Shown here: positions 58,165 through 64,000 of the stretch, in pieces
How the letters are laid out: every line of letters begins with the position of its first letter
Position numbering within the stretch: the stretch's first letter is position 1
Assembly (NCBI GenBank): GCA_016215455.1
Contig: JACRJP010000002.1
Span: forward strand, 2,809 to 66,808
Direction of reading: 5' to 3'
DNA: 64,000 nt
Source of the DNA: Candidatus Tayloriibacteriota bacterium
Lineage (GTDB): Bacteria; Patescibacteriota; Minisyncoccia; Phycocordibacterales; PALSA-1337
The notes under the pieces: generated by a model
What the model was told of the DNA's origin: nothing
The model's database searches: none
What the model saw: the letters and a program-made list of their open reading frames with translations, nothing else
Position numbers and translations under genes: made by a program

Positions 58165-58698
58165 TTAGACCGATTTCTTACCCTGCTTTCGGCGGATAAC
58201 CTCACCATCATATCGAATACCCTTACCCTTATATGGTTCAGGCTTCTTTTGTGAGCGGACCTTTGCAACAAACTGTCCAACAACTTCGATATCGAGACCT
58301 GATACAGTGATAACGTTCTTATCTGCTGTAACTTTAAGAGTTTCAGGAATTGTGAGTTTTACTGGATGTGAAAAACCAAGTGACATGTGGAGTTCCTTAC
58401 CCTTCACATCTGACTTGTATCCAATACCTTCAACAATCAATTTCTTTTCAAATGGCTTATGTACACCAGCAATCATATTTCGGAGGTGTGCTGCATATGT
58501 ACCCCAGAGAGCAAGTGTCTCAAGAGTCTGGTTATGAGGAGTGAGTACAACACCTTCAGGTGTTACTTCAATTCCGATGACCGGTTTGAAATATCGTGTA
58601 AGAGTTCCAAGAGGACCCTTCACTGTAACAGTACCGTTTGCATTGGTGATCTCTGTCTTTTCTGGAACTACGAGTGGTTTTTTTGCGATTCGTGACAT
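58165..58698 (-). CDS. rplF: 50S ribosomal protein L6
   Basis: N-terminus MSRIAKKPLVVPEKTEITNANGTVTVKGPLGTL... Confidence 0.9.
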   Translation of the reverse strand: MSRIAKKPLVVPEKTEITNANGTVTVKGPLGTLTRYFKPVIGIEVTPEGVVLTPHNQTLETLALWGTYAAHLRNMIAGVHKPFEKKLIVEGIGYKSDVKGKELHMSLGFSHPVKLTIPETLKVTADKNVITVSGLDIEVVGQFVAKVRSQKKPEPYKGKGIRYDGEVIRRKQGKKSV

Positions 58699-58708
58699 AG
58701 TAGTAGAT

Positions 58709-59101
58709 TTACCAAATTTTAAATAGTACTTCTCCTCCGACCTTGAGCTTCTTTGCTTCGACGTCGCTCAATATACCCTTTGGGGTTGAAAAGATGTACG
58801 CACCGAATCCACTCTTGAATGAACGGATATCTCGTGCTCGCTGATAAATACGGCGAGAAGACTTAGAAATTCTTTCTACTCCGTGAACTCGAGGCTCATC
58901 ACCAATGTAGATAAGCTCAATATCAAGAGTCTTAATTAATTTCTTTCCTTTCTTTGCCACTGATTTTACAAATCCACTCTTTTCGAGAGAATGTGCAATT
59001 GATTCCTTAAGTTGTGAATAAGGAATAGATACTGTTGCCTTCCGTGCAGCACTAGCATTAGTGATGCGTGTTATGAAATCTGAAATAGGATCTGTTACCA
59101 T
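58709..59101 (-). CDS. rpsH: 30S ribosomal protein S8
   Basis: N-terminus [27 protein letters not shown]... Confidence 0.9.
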   Translation of the reverse strand: MVTDPISDFITRITNASAARKATVSIPYSQLKESIAHSLEKSGFVKSVAKKGKKLIKTLDIELIYIGDEPRVHGVERISKSSRRIYQRARDIRSFKSGFGAYIFSTPKGILSDVEAKKLKVGGEVLFKIW

Positions 59102-59280
59102 GATGATTTTTTAATACCTGGAATATTTCCCTCGTTTGCATGTTCGCGGAAGCAGATTCGACAAAGATCAAAATCTCGCATGTATCCACGCTTTCGACCA
59201 CATCGAAAACATCGTCGAACCACTCGGCTCGCGAATTTCGGCTTTTTCTCTGACCGCACAATAACTGATGTTTTTGCCAT
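59095..59280 (-). CDS. rpsZ: 30S ribosomal protein S14, Zn-binding type Z
   Basis: 61 aa with the motif [23 protein letters not shown]. Confidence 0.9.
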   Translation of the reverse strand: MAKTSVIVRSEKKPKFASRVVRRCFRCGRKRGYMRDFDLCRICFREHANEGNIPGIKKSSW

Positions 59281-59482
59281 AGAATATATTACTAATAATT
59301 AACCTCCCATATAACAAAAAGAGTGTTGGTGAGCTTCCCTGCACCTTTGGGATATATCCCTCGAGTTACGGTATCGCTTCCAACCTGTTTTTGTGTATAT
59401 TTTCAATCAAACACACACCTTTTTCGCACTACTACTCACTCCTGCGAATATCCACAGACTACCAAAATAGACCCTATAAGTC

Positions 59483-59506
59483 AAACAAAAAAGGGCCGCA
59501 GCCCTT
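59483..59506 (-). terminator. terminator-like hairpin immediately after the rplE stop, inside the ribosomal-protein cluster
   Basis: Stem AAGGGC/GCCCTT with loop CGCA, followed by a T6 run on the minus strand. After it comes a ~200-nt untranslated gap before rpsZ, which contains the palindrome GGGATATATCCC. Confidence 0.45.
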
Positions 59507-59511
59507 ATTTG

Positions 59512-60063
59512 TTATTTCTTCCCTTTTTCTTCTTTCTTAAATGGGAAATTGAGAGCTTCGAGGAAAGCGAGCGTATGCTCTGGCTTCTTTGAAGTTGTCA
59601 CGAATGTAATACCAACTCCGAATACATCCTTGAGTTCTTCATCAGTATTTTCTGGGAAAATAGTATTTTCCTTGATACCGAGACTGTAGTTACCCATATT
59701 GTCGATACCGTTTCGAGAAATACCTCGGAAGTCCTTTGTTCGAGGAAGAGCAATGTTCAAGAGTTTATCAATGAAATCATACATTCGCTCACCACGGAGA
59801 GTTACCTGGTATCCTACTGGATCACCCTGGCGAACCTTAAATGAAGCAATAGACTTCTTACTTCCTCGAAGAGCTGCCTTCTGGCCAGTAATACGTGCCA
59901 TACGATCAGCGATGAGTTCAAGCTTTTTCTTATCCTTCACTGAACCTACACCAGTACTCACGACAACCTTAGTGAAGCGAGGAGATTGCATGACACTTGT
60001 AAAGCCGAACTTCTTTTTGAGAACTTCGCCTGCAAGCTTTTGATTTTCTTTAATCGTTTTCAT
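59512..60063 (-). CDS. rplE: 50S ribosomal protein L5
   Basis: 183 aa that matches the L5 consensus. Confidence 0.9.
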   Translation of the reverse strand: MKTIKENQKLAGEVLKKKFGFTSVMQSPRFTKVVVSTGVGSVKDKKKLELIADRMARITGQKAALRGSKKSIASFKVRQGDPVGYQVTLRGERMYDFIDKLLNIALPRTKDFRGISRNGIDNMGNYSLGIKENTIFPENTDEELKDVFGVGITFVTTSKKPEHTLAFLEALNFPFKKEEKGKK

Positions 60064-60082
60064 GGGTTGTTATTAAAAATTA

Positions 60083-60364
60083 CTACTTTGTCTCCTCTTT
60101 CTTCTTAGCTGCTACCTTCTTTGGAGATTTCTTAGCTTCACTCGCAAGTTTAACATTTGAAATATGCATAGGAAGAGAAACCTCTACAACCTGACCCTTC
60201 TGACCACTCTTTCGAGGTCGCTGGTGCTTCTTAACTGTATTCACTCCTTCAACAAGGACTCGAGACTCCTTAGGAAAAACCTTAAGAACCTTTGCTGTCT
60301 TACCCTTATCTCGGCCAGTGAGTACTGTTACACTGTCATTTTTTTTAATAGTCTGTTTTGCCAT
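60083..60364 (-). CDS. rplX: 50S ribosomal protein L24 (Lys-rich C-terminal tail)
   Basis: KOW motif ...DSVTVLTGRDKGKTAKVLKV... Confidence 0.9.
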   Translation of the reverse strand: MAKQTIKKNDSVTVLTGRDKGKTAKVLKVFPKESRVLVEGVNTVKKHQRPRKSGQKGQVVEVSLPMHISNVKLASEAKKSPKKVAAKKKEETK

Positions 60365-60381
60365 GGTGGTGATGTTAGAAG

Positions 60382-60753
60382 TTATACGATTTCAGGAGCT
60401 TTTGACGCAATTGTCTGGAAGCCTTTTTCACCAATTTCTCGTGGGATTGGACCGAAGATACGACCAGCAAGAGGCTCTCCCTTTCCTTTGTCGAGAATAA
60501 CTACTGCGTTCTCATCAAATCGAATATATGAACCATCCTTTCGTCGGAAAGGTTTTACTGTACGTACAACAACTGCCTGAAGAACGTCTTTCTTCTTGAT
60601 AGATTTTCGTGGTTCTGCCTTCTGTACTGAAAGAATAACAAGATCACCAAGCTCTGCATAGCGCTTCTTTGAACTGCCGAGCACCTTGAAAATACGGCCA
60701 ATCTTTGCGCCTGTGTTATCTGTTATTCGTACTATTGAGCGTGGTTGAATCAT
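60382..60753 (-). CDS. rplN: 50S ribosomal protein L14
   Basis: N-terminus MIQPRSIVRITDNTGAK... Confidence 0.9.
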   Translation of the reverse strand: MIQPRSIVRITDNTGAKIGRIFKVLGSSKKRYAELGDLVILSVQKAEPRKSIKKKDVLQAVVVRTVKPFRRKDGSYIRFDENAVVILDKGKGEPLAGRIFGPIPREIGEKGFQTIASKAPEIV

Positions 60754-60759
60754 GGTAGT

Positions 60760-61023
60760 TTATTTTTCGACAATCTGGAAGAACTTATGTCGTGAGATAG
60801 GTCGGCATGACTCAATAGTCACCTTCTCCCCCACTTTCTTAGTATTTCCAGGATTATGCACCTTATAGCGCTTTCGAAGATTCAAGAACTTCTGGTACTT
60901 AGTATCTTTGACGTAACGCTCAACGAGAACAACGACCGTGTCCTTCATTTTATCAGACACAACAACACCCGAAAGAGTCTTTCGTTGTGCGGCTGTATTC
61001 TTTTGTTCGGTCTTTGTTGTCAT
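60760..61023 (-). CDS. rpsQ: 30S ribosomal protein S17
   Basis: Motif ...LSGVVVSDKMKDTVVVLVERYVK... Confidence 0.9.
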   Translation of the reverse strand: MTTKTEQKNTAAQRKTLSGVVVSDKMKDTVVVLVERYVKDTKYQKFLNLRKRYKVHNPGNTKKVGEKVTIESCRPISRHKFFQIVEK

Positions 61024-61031
61024 ATGATTGC

Positions 61032-61223
61032 TTATTTCTTATTCTGCTTGCGAAGTGATACTTCTGTCAAGATCTGTGCTATTTCTTTTCGAGTCTTCTT
61101 TCCTACCTTAACATCTCGAGTCTTACTTCCTGCCATTCCGAATCGAAAGTCTCGGAGGACTGTCTGCTTCTCACTGAGAAGCTTTGCCAATTCTTGTTCT
61201 GATTTATTTTTGAGTTCTTTCAT
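61032..61223 (-). CDS. rpmC: 50S ribosomal protein L29
   Basis: N-terminus MKELKNKSEQELAKLLSEKQTVL... Confidence 0.85.
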   Translation of the reverse strand: MKELKNKSEQELAKLLSEKQTVLRDFRFGMAGSKTRDVKVGKKTRKEIAQILTEVSLRKQNKK

Positions 61224-61233
61224 GGTAATAAAT

Positions 61234-61659
61234 TTAGAACAATTCTCGACTAATAACCTTTGTCTTTACTGGAAGCTTTGCTCCTGCTTTCTTGAGAGCT
61301 TCGATAGCAACAGTCCCTTCAACACCGTCCACTTCAAAGAGAATGCGACCTGGCTTAACAATTGCCACGAATCCTACTGGATCACCCTTTCCCTTTCCCA
61401 TCTTTACTTCTGCAGGTTTCTGAGTGAAAGGTCGATCAGGGAAAATTCGAATCCAAACCTTTCCTGACTTTGATGCGTAGCGAGCTACCACCTTTCGTGC
61501 AGCTTCAATTTGGTTTGAAGTAACTCGATCATGAGTGATTGCCTTGAGTCCATATGAACCGAAAGCAAGTTTTGTACCACGAGTTGCAACACCAACCTTA
61601 TCAGGATGTTCTCGGCCGGTAAACCACTTTCGAAATTTAACTTTTTTAGGGAAAAGCAT
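61234..61659 (-). CDS. rplP: 50S ribosomal protein L16 (start trimmed to the internal ATG)
   Basis: MLFPKKVKFRKWFTGR... is the canonical L16 N-terminus. The longer ORF would overlap rpsC. Confidence 0.9.
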   Translation of the reverse strand: MLFPKKVKFRKWFTGREHPDKVGVATRGTKLAFGSYGLKAITHDRVTSNQIEAARKVVARYASKSGKVWIRIFPDRPFTQKPAEVKMGKGKGDPVGFVAIVKPGRILFEVDGVEGTVAIEALKKAGAKLPVKTKVISRELF

Positions 61660-61669
61660 GATAGTGTAA

Positions 61670-62353
61670 TTATTTCTGCTGAGCAGCTTTAAGATCCTTT
61701 GCAAAGACCTGTCCCTTATAAATCCACACCTTAATACCAATATCACCGTATGTCATGTGAGCCTTCTCACGAGCGAAGTCGATATTTGCACGAAGTGTCT
61801 GAAGAGGAATTTGTCCCTTTTTGAGGTCTTCCTGGCGTGCCATTTCAGCACCTCCAAGTCGTCCTGAAAGCTTAATCTTCACTCCAAGAACATCTCGATT
61901 AGCAACAACTTTTTCAATTGTCTGCTTGAGTACTCGTCGGAATGGAAGACGCTTCTCAAGTGCTTCAGCAACCATCATACCGACAACAGCAGCATCAGTT
62001 TCAGGAGCTTTAATTTCTTCAACATCAATCTTGAGTTCTTGCTTACCAAGAACGAGTTTGTTTCGGGCAATAACCTTAAGGAGTTTTTCACGAAGCTTTA
62101 CTACCCCATCACCTGATCGGCCGATAAGCATACCCGGTCGTGAAGTCTTGATGATGATTCGAAGGAATTTCTGATTTCGTTCGATTTCAATACCACCAAT
62201 AAAAAATGGTCGAAGTTCTTTTGTAAGGAATTCTCGGAGTGTAATGTCTGCCTTAAGAAACTTTCGGTATTCTGAAGGTGCACCAAACCAACGACTCTTC
62301 CAGTCGCGAATGATTCCAAGTCTATGTGAATATGGGTGTACTGAATGTGACAT
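61670..62353 (-). CDS. rpsC: 30S ribosomal protein S3
   Basis: N-terminus MSHSVHPYSHRLGIIRDWKSRWFG..., with KH and S3-C domains. Confidence 0.9.
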   Translation of the reverse strand: MSHSVHPYSHRLGIIRDWKSRWFGAPSEYRKFLKADITLREFLTKELRPFFIGGIEIERNQKFLRIIIKTSRPGMLIGRSGDGVVKLREKLLKVIARNKLVLGKQELKIDVEEIKAPETDAAVVGMMVAEALEKRLPFRRVLKQTIEKVVANRDVLGVKIKLSGRLGGAEMARQEDLKKGQIPLQTLRANIDFAREKAHMTYGDIGIKVWIYKGQVFAKDLKAAQQK

Positions 62354-62354
62354 A

Positions 62355-62705
62355 TTATTTCTTTGGTTCTTTTACTGCTTTTGGAGCAAGTACAAGTGAT
62401 ACATGACTTGTTCGCTTATTGATTGGAAACGCACTTCCCCGAGCTCGAGGCATACGTCGCTTCAAAATCTGACCACCATCAACACGAATCTCTTTTACAA
62501 ACAATGCATCCTTTTCAATATTAAAATTATGCTTTGCATTTGCGACTGCTGATGCAATGAGTGTTTGGAGTGGACTTGTTGCTCGCTTTGTAACGTTCTC
62601 GAGAATAGCGAGAGCTTGAACAACATTCTTACCACGAACAAGAGCTGCTACAAGGCGAACCTTTCGTGGAGACTGTCGATAATTGTTGAGAGTTGCAGTA
62701 ATCAT
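62355..62705 (-). CDS. rplV: 50S ribosomal protein L22
   Basis: 116 aa that matches the L22 consensus. Confidence 0.9.
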   Translation of the reverse strand: MITATLNNYRQSPRKVRLVAALVRGKNVVQALAILENVTKRATSPLQTLIASAVANAKHNFNIEKDALFVKEIRVDGGQILKRRMPRARGSAFPINKRTSHVSLVLAPKAVKEPKK

Positions 62706-62714
62706 GATCGTCTA

Positions 62715-63065
62715 TTATTTCTTTGCTGCTGGAGCGGCAGTATCAGCCTTAGCAGATTTAGCTGCTGAGATTTCTGCTTCCTTCTTCTTAAGTTCAAGCT
62801 CCTTCTGCATCTTACCTCCGTGTCGGATAAACTTACGTGTTGGAGAGAACTCACCAAGACGATGTCCTACCATTTCTTCAGCAACAAGAACTTCTACGTG
62901 TTCACGACCGTTGTATACACCAAACTTAAAACCTACCATTTCTGGAGAGATTTGACTTCGGCGGTACCATGTCTTAATAAGACCTGTTTCTTGAGGCTTC
63001 TTTCCGGCGATCTTTTTGATGAGTCGCTCTTCGACGTATGGTCCTTTTTTAAGTGATCGTGTCAT
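62715..63065 (-). CDS. rpsS: 30S ribosomal protein S19 (with a Lys/Ala-rich C-terminal extension)
   Basis: Motif ...[14 protein letters not shown]...[26 protein letters not shown]... Confidence 0.9.
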   Translation of the reverse strand: MTRSLKKGPYVEERLIKKIAGKKPQETGLIKTWYRRSQISPEMVGFKFGVYNGREHVEVLVAEEMVGHRLGEFSPTRKFIRHGGKMQKELELKKKEAEISAAKSAKADTAAPAAKK

Positions 63066-63146
63066 GTTTCTAAAAAAATAGCTCTTGGTGAGAGCGTGCG
63101 TTCCATACTAACGAAACGCAGCCCTAAAGTCAAGAAATTACTTGGT

Positions 63147-63998
63147 TTACTCGGCCTTTTTCTGCTTACCAACTCGTCGGCGTGAGACGATGAAGACATT
63201 TGAGTACTTCTTTGGAGTACGTGTCTTCTGTCCCTTGCCTGTTGGCTTTCCCCATCGACTCTTCGCACGTCGAAGACCTCGACCTTGTCGACCTTCACCT
63301 CCTCCGTGTGGGTGATCCACTGGGTTCTGTGCAGTACCTCGAACAGTTGGTCGAATACCCAACCATCGACTACGGCCAGCCTTTCCAATGTTTACGAGAC
63401 GAGATTCTTCATTTGAAACAGCACCGACAGATGCCCATGCAGTATCGATGATCTTTCGCACTTCTGTTGAAGGCATCTTTACGTGAGTATATCCAGAATC
63501 ATTTGCAATTACCTGAGCAAAACTACCTGCTGATCGAACGAGTCGAGCACCATTACCTGGTTTAATTTCAACGTTGTACACGAATGTACCTACAGGGATT
63601 TTTCGAAGAGGAAGTCGGTTACCTGGAGTAACTGGGGCTGTTTCAGAAACAATGAATGTATGACCCACCTTCACAGACTGAGGAAGAAGAACGTAACGCT
63701 TCTGTCCATCTAGATATTGAACAAGAGCAATGAAACCAGTTCGGAATGGATCGTATTCAACGGTAAGCACCTTTGCTACCATATCCTTCTTGTCATAGAC
63801 AAAGTCAACAAGTCGGTACAACTTTCGATGTCCACCTCCCTTGTGTCGAACAGTAATGCGACCCTGAGAGTTGCGTCCCATGTCACGCTTGAAGCCAACA
63901 GTGAGAGCCTTGTGTGGTTCAGACACCGTAAGATGATCTCGATACGAGATCGTTGTCATATGGCGTCGTGATTTTGTATGTGGGTGGTATCGTTTCAT
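63147..63998 (-). CDS. rplB: 50S ribosomal protein L2
   Basis: 283 aa. Motif ...GRNSQGRITVRHKGGGHRKLYRLVDF... Confidence 0.9.
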   Translation of the reverse strand: MKRYHPHTKSRRHMTTISYRDHLTVSEPHKALTVGFKRDMGRNSQGRITVRHKGGGHRKLYRLVDFVYDKKDMVAKVLTVEYDPFRTGFIALVQYLDGQKRYVLLPQSVKVGHTFIVSETAPVTPGNRLPLRKIPVGTFVYNVEIKPGNGARLVRSAGSFAQVIANDSGYTHVKMPSTEVRKIIDTAWASVGAVSNEESRLVNIGKAGRSRWLGIRPTVRGTAQNPVDHPHGGGEGRQGRGLRRAKSRWGKPTGKGQKTRTPKKYSNVFIVSRRRVGKQKKAE

Positions 63999-64000
63999 GG

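Noticed and set aside
59323-59592. 89-aa plus-strand ORF in the rplE-rpsZ gap
   Set aside because: It runs antisense to the ribosomal-protein transcription unit and overlaps the rplE 3' end and the terminator. Its composition looks like intergenic read-through. I treat the region as a non-coding leader.
61234-61746. Long form of the L16 ORF starting at 61746
   Set aside because: The N-terminal 29 residues (MILVLRCGFIRDRSLQRILKLLSRNNYTI) overlap the rpsC 3' end and are not L16-like. The canonical L16 start MLFPKKVKFRKW begins at the internal ATG at 61659.

Overview
This window is an AT-rich, gene-dense bacterial chromosome segment. Its content looks like a Candidate Phyla Radiation (Patescibacteria-type) genome, but that assignment is inferred, not proven. 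The evidence is a ribosomal-protein cluster with no rpmD (L30) between rpsE and rplO, a large type IV pilus and competence cluster with no secretin, a small tRNA-rich genome, and many signal-anchored secreted proteins. Almost all long ORFs code on the minus strand. All function calls rest on motif recognition by eye in the supplied translations; no searches were run.

Reading from low to high coordinates:
- 1-5.6 kb: tRNA-Asp, an archaeal-type aspS, two CAT-anticodon tRNAs, gatA and gatC, then ligA.
- 7.7-21.7 kb: a contiguous pilus/competence locus. It holds four minor pseudopilins, pilD, a major pilin, an embedded PAP2-like membrane protein, two tandem pilin paralogs that share an identical 89-bp 5' end, pilC, pilT, a CheY-like receiver, pilB, PilP/O/N-like proteins, pilM, and a divergently transcribed comFC.
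- 21.7-30 kb: a peptidoglycan-binding secreted protein, a SWIB protein, a NUDIX hydrolase, a frameshifted pilin, a methyltransferase, an HhH-GPD glycosylase, recG, and three tRNAs (a Ser-like tRNA with anticodon ACT, Ser-GCT, Ile-TAT).
- 30-33 kb: ftsH, smpB and a tmRNA. Downstream of the tmRNA is a small island flanked by a 58-bp direct repeat.
- 35-41 kb: a pilin-LamG fusion, an MFS transporter preceded by a structured leader, a GC-rich PEP-CTERM-like secreted protein, a PLD-family gene, and infC-rpmI-rplT.
- 41-49.5 kb: a beta-CASP nuclease and a five-gene minus-strand operon built around a 968-aa soluble T4CP/VirB4-like P-loop ATPase.
- 49.5-64 kb: map, adk, a ~4.4-kb insertion of secreted-protein genes between adk and secY, then secY and the spc/S10 ribosomal-protein cluster through rplB.

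Five short GC-rich single-gene islets interrupt the AT-rich background. Two abut tRNA genes and one sits between secY and adk. They look like recent horizontal acquisitions.
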